Origin: Bacteriovoracia bacterium
GTDB taxonomy: Bacteria > Bdellovibrionota > UBA1018 > CAIPTA01
DNA length: 64,000 bases
NCBI GenBank assembly: GCA_050246755.1
Contig: JBFWVL010000001.1
Location: 544,001 to 608,000 of the forward strand
Direction: 5' to 3'
Part shown: in pieces, positions 9,357-17,985 of the stretch
Layout: each line of letters begins with the position of its first letter
How positions within the stretch are numbered: the first letter of the stretch is position 1
The notes under the pieces: model-generated
What the model saw: the letters and a program-made list of their open reading frames with translations, nothing else
Database searches by the model: none
Told to the model about the DNA's origin: nothing
Translations under genes and position numbers: made by a program

Positions 9357-10865
9357 ATGGGAATTTTATTACTGCTATTACTGAGCCCAACGGTTTTCGC
9401 CCAGCCCGATTGCATAGACTGTGACCGCCGGCCGGCGCTGCAGGAACCGGTGGTAAGCCTCGGGCGAACGATCGCGGAAAAAGTGGACCCGGGCTTCTGC
9501 GAGGAACAGATCCGAATGGCGGCGCGGAACGATATCGAAGCCCTGCAGTCGGCCGTGAAAGAACTGAATACCACGCTGAAAGTATATGCCGAAGCCAGTC
9601 CGCTCCTCGAAGCCGCTTACAAAAAATTCGAAAACCTTCCCTCTTCCGGGAATCTCAACTGCGGCCAGGTGGAAGACGTGCGCTTCGCCGGCGATGCGCT
9701 TCGTTACCGCCATACGCAAGCGCAAAAATCGATCGATTTCTACGTGGACTACGCCAAGGCGGTAGCGGAAATTAAGGAGCCTTTTTCGATAAAAGAAATT
9801 ACCGAGAAGGCTCTCTGCATCCAGGCCTGCGTGCAGAAAAACGGCGGGTCCGACTCTAAACTCACCGCCGAGCATCCCTGCGCCGTGAGCTGCCGGGCGG
9901 GCGCAGACCTGCTCGCCGAAACTGGGTCGGCGGCGGTGAGCCGCGTGCTGCTGCAGCCCGCTTGCCTCCAACCCGAATACGGCACGATCAAACCCGGGGA
10001 AGCGCTTGCGCTCGCGAAACGCCTCAAAGAAGAAGAAAAGAAAAGTGTGCAGGCGCTGATGGAGGCCTGGCAAGAAAACCAAAAAGCGGTCGAGCGAGCC
10101 CAGGCTTTAACGAAGAAAAGATCTGAGGCCGTGGAAGCAGCCTTGCAGAAAATCTCCGGGCGAGTATGCACTTTGGAAAAAATTCTGCCGGCGCTCCAAG
10201 AAGCCACTTCGCTGGCGCGGGCGCCCGATACTATGTACCAAGGTACCGGTTTCCATTTTTCGGCGCAGGGAAAGCATTTCTTTGCCTCCGCCCAGCACGT
10301 TACGGGCAGCGGTGAGGACAAATACGACGAGGAGCTGCATTCCCTCGTAATCGACTATAATCCGGAGCTTCACTTTTTTCCTCGCGCCGTGGAGCGCTTT
10401 GATTTCGCCGCGGATGCAGTAATTAAGGAAATCAAATCCACGAAGGCGCCCCTTCGCCTAGTGGACGCCAAAAAGAAGCCCGCGCCGGGCCAGAACTTCT
10501 ATCTCGCGGGCTTCCCCGGAATCCGCGGCAGCAAGTTTTCCACTTTTCGCTGCCGCTTTTTAGGTTACGGGGAAAATGTCAGAGGGGGCAGCGCTTACCT
10601 CCTCCACTGCCCCGCGGATGGATTTCTCGACGGCCTCTCCGGGGGCCCAGCGGTGGATGAAGAGGGAAGGGTTTGGGGAATCGTTTCAAACCACGCGGAA
10701 CGAGCCGACGTGGTTTCCGTGGCTCCCCTTGCGGAAGGGCCCGGCGGGAAGCCCGTGATTGGAATCCAGGGAACCTTTCTCTCGGATCTCTGCTACGGTT
10801 CCATCAAGGAGCTCGATCCGCCGCACCGCTGCCAGATCTTTCCCGGTTCCCGCGAGCAATATTAG
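9357..10865 (+). CDS. Secreted protein: Cys-rich helical N-terminus plus C-terminal trypsin-like serine peptidase domain
   Basis: Signal peptide; GTGF...ASAQHV, ADAV and DGLSGGP catalytic-triad motifs. Confidence 0.75.
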   Translation: MGILLLLLLSPTVFAQPDCIDCDRRPALQEPVVSLGRTIAEKVDPGFCEEQIRMAARNDIEALQSAVKELNTTLKVYAEASPLLEAAYKKFENLPSSGNLNCGQVEDVRFAGDALRYRHTQAQKSIDFYVDYAKAVAEIKEPFSIKEITEKALCIQACVQKNGGSDSKLTAEHPCAVSCRAGADLLAETGSAAVSRVLLQPACLQPEYGTIKPGEALALAKRLKEEEKKSVQALMEAWQENQKAVERAQALTKKRSEAVEAALQKISGRVCTLEKILPALQEATSLARAPDTMYQGTGFHFSAQGKHFFASAQHVTGSGEDKYDEELHSLVIDYNPELHFFPRAVERFDFAADAVIKEIKSTKAPLRLVDAKKKPAPGQNFYLAGFPGIRGSKFSTFRCRFLGYGENVRGGSAYLLHCPADGFLDGLSGGPAVDEEGRVWGIVSNHAERADVVSVAPLAEGPGGKPVIGIQGTFLSDLCYGSIKELDPPHRCQIFPGSREQY

Positions 10866-10882
10866 CCGTCCGGAAACCGAAC

Positions 10883-10906
10883 GAAATTTGCGGCGCCGCA
10901 AATTTC
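10883..10906. repeat. Perfect 24-bp palindrome, copy 1 (intergenic between convergent genes)
   Basis: GAAATTTGCGGCGCCGCAAATTTC; identical to 22886-22909. Confidence 0.95.
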
Positions 10907-10910
10907 TGCT

Positions 10911-11609
10911 CTACTCGATCTCGTAGTCTACGGCTACGTTCGAGGTAACCGAAATCTCTCCCGCCGAAACCACCGTGGCGTCCGCCACCGAAGACCTTGC
11001 CATCTTCTGCATCTCCATCATCGGCCGGTAGGGCTGGTAGTTCACGGAGCTGTCCGAAATTCTTAGCACGCCCCGGATCGGCTTCTTGGCGAAGCGGGCG
11101 AGGGCTTCCCCGCGGGCCTGGGCATTCTTCATCGCGAGCTCGAGCGCCTGCACTTCCACTTCCTTGCGTTTTTCGGTATCGAACGTGAGGCCCTGGAGCT
11201 GCACCGAAACATCTTCCGTGCCCTTCCCCACTAGACCATCGAGCATATCGCCGAGCTTCTCAAGCTTGCGATAGGTGATGGCGAGGCCGTGGTCCACGGT
11301 ATAGCCGAGAAAATTCTGCCTATTGTTCTCGTAGGAGTACTCGGGATTCACGCGAAAACCGGAGGTTTGAATGTCCTTGGCATCGATTTTCAGCTCGCTT
11401 TTCAGCAGCTCCATCACGCGCGCCATTTCCTTGGCGTTCTTCGCTTGCGCGGCCTTTGCGTCGCGGGCCTTGGTATGAACCTGCAGCTGAACGTTCACGA
11501 GGTCGGGTTTCACTTTGATTTCACCCTCCCCCCTCACCGAAACGTAGTGAAAGTTCTCGGCGGCAAAAGTGGTGGAAGAAAGAAGCACAAGAAATAGAAA
11601 TTTGTTCAT
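10911..11609 (-). CDS. SIMPL (DUF541/YggE-like) periplasmic protein
   Basis: Signal peptide from MNKFLFL; VSVRGEGEIKVKPD, DIQTSGFRVNPEY and AGEISVTSNVAVDYEI motifs. Confidence 0.9.
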   Translation of the reverse strand: MNKFLFLVLLSSTTFAAENFHYVSVRGEGEIKVKPDLVNVQLQVHTKARDAKAAQAKNAKEMARVMELLKSELKIDAKDIQTSGFRVNPEYSYENNRQNFLGYTVDHGLAITYRKLEKLGDMLDGLVGKGTEDVSVQLQGLTFDTEKRKEVEVQALELAMKNAQARGEALARFAKKPIRGVLRISDSSVNYQPYRPMMEMQKMARSSVADATVVSAGEISVTSNVAVDYEIE

Positions 11610-11871
11610 GCCTAAATAGCAACAGAGACGCGGCGCGATCGTCAAGAGAGCCGAGGAAAAGGGATCGCACAAGTGGTGCGGAAATTAATAGGAGGAGCGA
11701 AGGCGGGCGGGAGCACGGCGCTTCAACGCCCTACGGGCCATGTTGGCTCGGGCGATCATCACCAGGGCACAGGCAAAAGTTTCGACTACGATGGAAAATC
11801 CACGTTGCATGGGTGGGTTAATATCTCTAAACCCCATATACCGTCAACTGGCAATTGCGTCTTAGCGAAGC

Positions 11872-12081
11872 TTAGCTATCGCCCTGCTGAAGTTTCTCGC
11901 GGCGGGTATTGAGGTGTTCGTTGAGTTTCTTAGAAAGACCGTAGCAGCGCTCGAGCCGCTCGAGCATGGGGGAGTTTTCCTGCTCGCGGGCTTCTTCCAC
12001 CAGGGAGTGAAGGGTGATGTAGAGCGCCCCCAGGGGGGAGGCGATATCGTGGAGGAATTTTCTTTCTTCGTTGATTTGCAT
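11872..12081 (-). CDS. Stand-alone HisKA/DHp-like microprotein (69 aa)
   Basis: H-box ERKFLHDIASPL followed by two amphipathic helices; no ATPase domain. Confidence 0.7.
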   Translation of the reverse strand: MQINEERKFLHDIASPLGALYITLHSLVEEAREQENSPMLERLERCYGLSKKLNEHLNTRREKLQQGDS

Positions 12082-12132
12082 GGGGCCTACTTCAATCCAG
12101 TTTGTCGGTAATTTCCAGCAAATTTTCACTTC

Positions 12133-13242
12133 CTAAAAGGCGTGGCCGAAATCCACAAATACGCCTTTTTGGTCCCGCGCCACGGCGTAATCTATGCGGA
12201 TTTTCGAGATTTTATCGGGTGGCAGCCCAATGCGCAGGCCGGCTCCGTAGGTAACGTGGGCGCGGGAAAACCGCTTGTCGGTAACTTCGCCAAATTCGAG
12301 AAAGGAGGCGCCGCTCACGTAACTATAGATGGGAAAGCGCAGCTCACTTTGCTCCACGTAGTATTTCTTGCCCCGGAACCGATTGTAAAAGTGGCCGCGC
12401 AGGCGATCCGTTCCTCCCAGGCGAAACTCGTTGAGGTAGGTTGGCTCCCCGAGAATGAAGCCCCCCGAAAGCGCATGGGCCAGCACGAGGTCGCGGTCGA
12501 TCACGTACTGAAAAATATCGAAATCCCAGTCGAAAGTGGTGGAACGCGCGTGAATCGGGCCCTTATAGGGAAAAGCATGGGTAATGCGGAAGCCTTGGTG
12601 CCAGCCCAGTGAAGGGTTGGAGGGAATATCCCGGTAATCCAGCTCCTGCTTAATCCCAGCCGCCACCACGAATTCTTCGGGTTCAATCGGATCTTTCTGA
12701 AGGCTTTCCTGGGAACGAAATTCCGCCTTATTGCGACGCGCCCGGTGCTCGAATCCTGGGCCGATGGAGAAACGGGAATTAAAGCTGTAAGGGAAATACA
12801 CTTCCGTTTCGTCCTTCCAGAAAAGCACGTCCACGCGATCCTCTACTTTCGTTTCGTTGCCGCGGCCGTAGTTGGACTCGAAGCCGTTGGAAAGCTCATT
12901 TCGCAGGTCCATCCGCCACCAACGGGAAAAGTAGCTATGCCAATTGACCTCCAGTTTCGTGGCTTTTGCCTGGGCGAAAATTCCCACGATGCCGAACTCG
13001 TATTTCTTTTCCCCGTCGGTCACCTTGTTCTGAAAATAACCTCCGCCGAGAAAAACCTTATAGGTGGGATTATAGCCCCCGAGCGGAACGAGCGAGCGGA
13101 ACTTCCCGCTTTCGGGCAACGGCCTAGATTCCGTGGCGGCCAGCACCGGATCTTGCAGCGCCTCCGTGCGGGTAGGCTCTTCTGCGAGTGCAAAAATGGG
13201 AAGGAGAAGGAAGAAAAATAGGGTCATGGAGCGTATGGTCAC
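12133..13242 (-). CDS. Omp85/BamA-TamA family outer-membrane beta-barrel, no evident POTRA domains
   Basis: Signal peptide; LGGTDRLRGH loop-6 motif; YGAGLR; C-terminal F (DFGHAF). Confidence 0.75.
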   Translation of the reverse strand: MTIRSMTLFFFLLLPIFALAEEPTRTEALQDPVLAATESRPLPESGKFRSLVPLGGYNPTYKVFLGGGYFQNKVTDGEKKYEFGIVGIFAQAKATKLEVNWHSYFSRWWRMDLRNELSNGFESNYGRGNETKVEDRVDVLFWKDETEVYFPYSFNSRFSIGPGFEHRARRNKAEFRSQESLQKDPIEPEEFVVAAGIKQELDYRDIPSNPSLGWHQGFRITHAFPYKGPIHARSTTFDWDFDIFQYVIDRDLVLAHALSGGFILGEPTYLNEFRLGGTDRLRGHFYNRFRGKKYYVEQSELRFPIYSYVSGASFLEFGEVTDKRFSRAHVTYGAGLRIGLPPDKISKIRIDYAVARDQKGVFVDFGHAF

Positions 13243-13365
13243 TTTCTGGGGAGGGAGACGAAAATATTTGAAATGAATAGCGATTTTCTAAAGAAAACGA
13301 TAGCAACAAAGCTGCCGCACCCCTTCGCCAAAAAGCCGCATTACGGTTAAATTAAATCCCACTGC

Positions 13366-15786
13366 ATGCAGAAAGTTAAACCCTTAAAGGATCATTTCCT
13401 GCCCGCAGGAGCTCATATCGTCGCCCTAACCGTTGGCCTGTGCTTAACGGCTTTAGCCAGCTTCTATATCCAGTCCGACGTGGCCAGCGAGGAAAGCCGC
13501 CGATTTAAGGAATTGACCTCCCAGATCGAAGAACAAATTCATCTTCGCCTGCAGCGCTACGAAGATGCCCTCCTTCATACCCGAGCCTTTTTTGCCGCCA
13601 GCGACGAAGTGAGCCGCGGAGAATTTCACGAATTTTTTTCCAACTCGAACCTTTTCGCGCGCTCGCCGGGGCTGCGTGGCGTGGGTTATTCGCTGTTGGT
13701 ACCGAAGAATAAACTGGCGGAGCATACGCGCCGGGTAAGAGCGCAGGGATTTCCCGACTATGAAATTTGGCCCACTACCCCCCGCGAGGAGTACTTCGCC
13801 ACGCTTTATTACGAGCCTTTTAACTGGAAGGACCAGAGGTCTTTCGGTTTCGATCCTTCTACCGATCCAGTCCGGCAAGCGGCGATGGCCCAGGCCAGAG
13901 ATACAGGGGCGGCCACCATCAGTGGAAAAGTAGAATTGCTGCAAAGTAGCGGTGAAAAAAGCCAAACCGGTTTTTTGCTCTACCTCCCGCTTTTCCTCAA
14001 TAAAGTAATTCCATCCACCGAAAGCGAGCGGAGGGAAAAACTGAAGGGCTACCTCTACAGCCCTTTCCGCAGCCAGGATCTCTTCGGAAATATTTTCAGC
14101 GAAGATTCGGCCCCCTACAAACAAGTGCAATTCGAGATCTACGACGGAAATGCGCCGAGCCCCGCCTCCCTTCTCTACGATAGCGACGACCAGATCGAAT
14201 TCGGGCTCGGCAACCGCCCGCGCCTGCAGGAAACTTTTCCGATTTTCGTGAACGGGCATGCCTGGACTATCTACGTAAGCACCCTGCCCCCTTTCACCCC
14301 GCTCACTTCCCGCTATGCCACACTCTTCATCGCCGGCGTGGGAATCCTCTTCAGCTTTGCCGCTTTCTGGATCCTCCTCACGATCAAGCGGCGGATGGAA
14401 TCCGAGCGCACCCGGCTAAACGAAGAAACCGCGGCGCGGCTGCAAGTGGAACTACTGGCCACTGAGTTGCGAGCCGCCGTGCGCGACCGAAACTTTTCCC
14501 TCACCACGCTCGAAACCATCAATAAAGTGGGCCGGATCATTTCGGCTGAGCTCGATCTAGAGCGCCTGATGCAGGCCGTGAACGACGCCGCCACCTCCAT
14601 CACCCGCGCAAAGTTCGGCGCCTTCTTCGCCAATCAAGTTGGCCCGGCCGGCGATACCTACACGCTCTATACAATCTCGGGCGTGCCCCGGGAAAAGTTT
14701 TCCCATTTCCCCATGCCCCGGGCCACCGAGATTTTCGCGCCCACCTTTACCGGCGCCAGCGTGGTGCGCAGCCATGATATCACCCAGGATCCCCGCTACG
14801 GAAAAAATGCTCCCTTCAAGGGCATGCCCGAAGGGCACTTACCCGTTAAGTCCTATTTGGCCGTGCCGGTAATCTCGCGTTCCGGCGAAGTGCTCGGCGG
14901 CCTTTTTCTCGGGCATCCTAAACCAGGAGTGTTTACGGAGCGCGATGAGAAAGCTGTGCTGAGCCTAGCCGCTCAGGCCGCGGTGGCCGTGGATAACGCT
15001 CTCCTCTTCAAGAACGCGAGGGAGGCCGTAGCGGCCCGCGACGATTTCCTATCGATCTGCAGCCACGAGTTGCGTACCCCGCTAACCTCGCTCAAACTGC
15101 AAACCCAGCTCACCCGCCGGCTGCTCGACCGGGAACCCGCACAGGCTCCCGAATCCACGAAATTTCGCCGGTTCCTCGATAATAACAACGTGCAGATTGA
15201 TCGCCTGGTTCGCCTCGTGGAAGACATGCTCGACATTTCCCGCATCCGCGCCGGCAAGCTCAGCTTGCAGGCGGAGCCGGTGAACCTGCGGGCGCTGGTG
15301 CAGGAAGTTACGGAGCGCTTCTCCCCGCAGCTGGCCAATTCGGGCAACAGCCTCTCTTTACACCTCGGGGAAGAAGTGAGCGGGAAATGGGACAAATTCC
15401 GCCTCGAGCAAGTTCTCGTAAATCTCCTTACCAACGCGATGAAATATGGCGCCGGCAGCCCGATCGAAATCTTCCTTTCGCAGGCAGACGGCATGGCCAC
15501 GCTCGAAGTGGCCGACAAGGGCATTGGTATCGCGCAGGAAAGCCAGTCGAGAATCTTCGAGCGCTTCGAGCGCGCGGTTTCGAAGCATAATATCAGTGGC
15601 CTGGGCCTTGGGCTCTTCATCGTGCGCCAGATCGTGGAAGCGCACGGCGGCACGATCTCGGTGACGAGCGAGGTGGGCAAAGGCGCCCGCTTCACCGTAA
15701 AGCTGCCCCTGGAATCCAGGCCTCCCTCTCCGCTCCCCCCTTTTCTGGAGTCCCCCCTGTCTCCCTCCGGACACAGTCCCATTTGA
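13366..15786 (+). CDS. Sensor histidine kinase (CHASE-GAF-HisKA-HATPase)
   Basis: Two TMs around a CHASE domain (GFD...R..AM..ARDTG); GAF (SYLAVPVISRSGEVLGGL); SHELRTPL; NLLTNAMKY; GLGLGL. Confidence 0.92.
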   Translation: MQKVKPLKDHFLPAGAHIVALTVGLCLTALASFYIQSDVASEESRRFKELTSQIEEQIHLRLQRYEDALLHTRAFFAASDEVSRGEFHEFFSNSNLFARSPGLRGVGYSLLVPKNKLAEHTRRVRAQGFPDYEIWPTTPREEYFATLYYEPFNWKDQRSFGFDPSTDPVRQAAMAQARDTGAATISGKVELLQSSGEKSQTGFLLYLPLFLNKVIPSTESERREKLKGYLYSPFRSQDLFGNIFSEDSAPYKQVQFEIYDGNAPSPASLLYDSDDQIEFGLGNRPRLQETFPIFVNGHAWTIYVSTLPPFTPLTSRYATLFIAGVGILFSFAAFWILLTIKRRMESERTRLNEETAARLQVELLATELRAAVRDRNFSLTTLETINKVGRIISAELDLERLMQAVNDAATSITRAKFGAFFANQVGPAGDTYTLYTISGVPREKFSHFPMPRATEIFAPTFTGASVVRSHDITQDPRYGKNAPFKGMPEGHLPVKSYLAVPVISRSGEVLGGLFLGHPKPGVFTERDEKAVLSLAAQAAVAVDNALLFKNAREAVAARDDFLSICSHELRTPLTSLKLQTQLTRRLLDREPAQAPESTKFRRFLDNNNVQIDRLVRLVEDMLDISRIRAGKLSLQAEPVNLRALVQEVTERFSPQLANSGNSLSLHLGEEVSGKWDKFRLEQVLVNLLTNAMKYGAGSPIEIFLSQADGMATLEVADKGIGIAQESQSRIFERFERAVSKHNISGLGLGLFIVRQIVEAHGGTISVTSEVGKGARFTVKLPLESRPPSPLPPFLESPLSPSGHSPI

Positions 15787-15850
15787 CACCAGGTCTCCCT
15801 CCCGCTGCTTTTTCTCCGCTCTAACCCCTTGATCTTCCAAGCCGGCACCG

Positions 15851-15866
15851 GGGCACGCGCGTTGCA
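15851..15866 (+). promoter_or_regulatory. Putative sigma54 (-24/-12) promoter of the pilus operon
   Basis: GGGCAC-N5-TTGCA matches TGGCAC-N5-TTGC spacing, 57 nt before the first pilin ATG. Confidence 0.55.
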
Positions 15867-15922
15867 CTACTATCCTTGAGAGCCACACGGAGTGGTTCAA
15901 CTAACGCCAGGAGTGCCCATCC

Positions 15923-16396
15923 ATGAAAAAAGTAGCCCTTAGTTTTCTTCTTCTTTATACGGCCCCCGTTTGGGCGGCTTCCACGGACACCCTGCTCTTA
16001 CAGGGCTCGGTAACGGCGGTGAACGATATCGCGGTTACTGCGGTGTCCGGAGTGAACAATTCACTAAACATCGTGGGCGGACAATCCAACGTGACGGTAG
16101 CCAACGTAGCGGAAACTTCCAATAATCTTCTCGGCTATAAGATCATGATGTCTTCGGCCAACGCCGGCGAGCTCAGGAATGCATCCGACGCCTCGAAGAA
16201 AACGACCTATACGGTGGTATACGGATCAGGATCGGCGATGACGCCCACCACCTCGGCCGCGCAGGTGAAAAGCGTGTCGTCGCTCACGGGCCTAACCACC
16301 AACTCGAGCGCCGTGAAGGTAAACGTAGTGGCCTATCCTTCGGCCCCCGCCGGAACCTATAGCGATACCGTTACCCTCTCGATCGTGGCCAACTAA
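15923..16396 (+). CDS. Chaperone-usher pilin subunit 1 (Csu/spore coat U-like, Cys-free)
   Basis: AGGAG SD; signal peptide; N-terminal LLLQGSV strand; C-terminal AGTYSDTVTLSIV. Confidence 0.8.
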   Translation: MKKVALSFLLLYTAPVWAASTDTLLLQGSVTAVNDIAVTAVSGVNNSLNIVGGQSNVTVANVAETSNNLLGYKIMMSSANAGELRNASDASKKTTYTVVYGSGSAMTPTTSAAQVKSVSSLTGLTTNSSAVKVNVVAYPSAPAGTYSDTVTLSIVAN

Positions 16397-16445
16397 GCCA
16401 CGATCGCCTCGCCTCCATAAACATATTTAATAGATAGGAACTCAT

Positions 16446-16943
16446 ATGCGTTCTTCCGAACACAACTGGATTGTATTGCCCTTGCTCGCTCTTTTTCTCT
16501 CGACTTCGGCCGCCAACGCGGCCTCTTCGGGCACCCTGCTCCTCTCGGGCGTGGTTCCTCTCGTAAACGACATCGCCATCACGGCCAACGGCTCGAATAA
16601 CTCGACCCTAAATATCTCGGGCGGAGAGACCGCGAAGCTGGTGGCGAGCGTGTCCGAAACCTCCAACAATAGCTCCGGTTATACGGTTACCCTTTCTTCG
16701 GCGAACGCCGGCCAGCTCAAGCTGGCCTCGGACGCCACGAAGAAAACCGCCTACCAAATCAGCTACAACGGCGGATCCTATGTCTCGCCCGCGGTGTCTC
16801 CCGCCACGGTGAAAACCGTGTCTTCGCTCGGAACGCTCACCACCAATAGCAGCCCTGTGCGCGTTAACGTTACGGCCTTCGCGAACGCTCCCGCCGGCAC
16901 CTATAGCGACACGATCACCCTCGCTATCGTGGCGAATCCCTAA
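16446..16943 (+). CDS. Chaperone-usher pilin subunit 2 (paralog of subunit 1)
   Basis: Shares NNSLNI/NNSTLNI, ETSNN, SSANAG, DA.KKT.Y and AGTYSDT with subunit 1. Confidence 0.8.
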   Translation: MRSSEHNWIVLPLLALFLSTSAANAASSGTLLLSGVVPLVNDIAITANGSNNSTLNISGGETAKLVASVSETSNNSSGYTVTLSSANAGQLKLASDATKKTAYQISYNGGSYVSPAVSPATVKTVSSLGTLTTNSSPVRVNVTAFANAPAGTYSDTITLAIVANP

Positions 16944-16975
16944 TGCCCACACGGTATCCCGTTGGAAGGCTAGGT

Positions 16976-17260
16976 ATGCAGACTCTTTATTTTCTTTTGC
17001 TCAGCATTCCCGCATTCGCCGACGGGCAGCTATTGGTCTCGGGAAACGTGGTTCCCGCCATCGACTTCGGATTCGAGCCCTTTAACGACGGTTACGCTAT
17101 CCGGAACCTGGGAAACTCCGTGGCCCTCTTCCAGATCGGCGCGCGCGACAAGCAAGGGCGCCAAGTAGCCTGGCTCCGGCAGAGCGAGCAGCTCCTGCTG
17201 CGCACCGATTACCTGCAGAAAACAGGTGGGCCTATCGAAATTCGGATCCTTGCCCCGTAG
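16976..17260 (+). CDS. Small secreted pilus-associated protein (possible minor or terminator subunit)
   Basis: Signal peptide MQTLYFLLLSIPAFA; mature N-terminus DGQLLVSGNV resembles the pilin donor strands. Confidence 0.55.
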   Translation: MQTLYFLLLSIPAFADGQLLVSGNVVPAIDFGFEPFNDGYAIRNLGNSVALFQIGARDKQGRQVAWLRQSEQLLLRTDYLQKTGGPIEIRILAP

Positions 17261-17285
17261 GAGAAGGCCCCTTTACAATAGATGA

Positions 17286-17984
17286 ATGAAAATCCTCCTC
17301 CTTTTCCTATTCTGCCTTCCCGCCCACGCGTTCCGTCTTTCTCCGATGGTGGTTGATTTCTCTCCTTCCGGAAAAAACGCCACCCAAACCTTGCTCCTGG
17401 ATAATCCCGGCAAAGAGCGGGTGGCCGTGCAAATCGAGATCATGAAAAGAAAAATCGATATCGACGGCAAAGAGGACCGCACCGAAGTTGCCACGGACTT
17501 CGCCGTTTTTCCCGAACAGCTCACGCTGGAAGCCGGGCAAAAAAGAAACGTGCGGGTAACGTGGACCGGAGACCAAGCCCCCACCACGGAATTGCCTTTT
17601 CGCCTGGTAGCCTCCCAGCTGCCCGTGACGCTGAACCGGCCCACCAACCGCGCCGACGTGAACGTGAATTTGAAATTCGTGCTCCAGTACGTAGCCTCCC
17701 TTTACGTGATCCCCAACGACGCTAAATCCAGGGTGGTGGTGGCGGCAGCCGGCACGGGAAAAAACGGGAACGCGGAACTATTGCTGAAAAATGAAGGCAA
17801 CGCGCGGAAGGTGCTCGAAAAACTGCAAATTAAATTCGTGGGGGAGAAAGGCAGCTACGATGTGCCCGAAAATTTAATGGCCGAGGTGCGCGCGCAAAAT
17901 ATCCTGGCCGGCGCCAGCCGCAGGTTCACCTTTCCCGTGCCCAAGGAATTTCGCGTGAAAAAAGCGGAGATCCGCTTCGAATAA
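17286..17984 (+). CDS. Periplasmic pilus chaperone (PapD/CsuC/EcpB-like)
   Basis: Signal peptide; FRLSPM, VFPEQLTLEAGQKRNVRV, ELPFRLVASQLP and NEGNA motifs. Confidence 0.88.
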   Translation: MKILLLFLFCLPAHAFRLSPMVVDFSPSGKNATQTLLLDNPGKERVAVQIEIMKRKIDIDGKEDRTEVATDFAVFPEQLTLEAGQKRNVRVTWTGDQAPTTELPFRLVASQLPVTLNRPTNRADVNVNLKFVLQYVASLYVIPNDAKSRVVVAAAGTGKNGNAELLLKNEGNARKVLEKLQIKFVGEKGSYDVPENLMAEVRAQNILAGASRRFTFPVPKEFRVKKAEIRFE

Positions 17985-17985
17985 A

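Noticed and set aside
15758-15790. TGTC-N8-GACA as an enhancer for the pilus sigma54 promoter
   Set aside because: Short, and lies inside the kinase's C-terminal codons; cannot be distinguished from chance.
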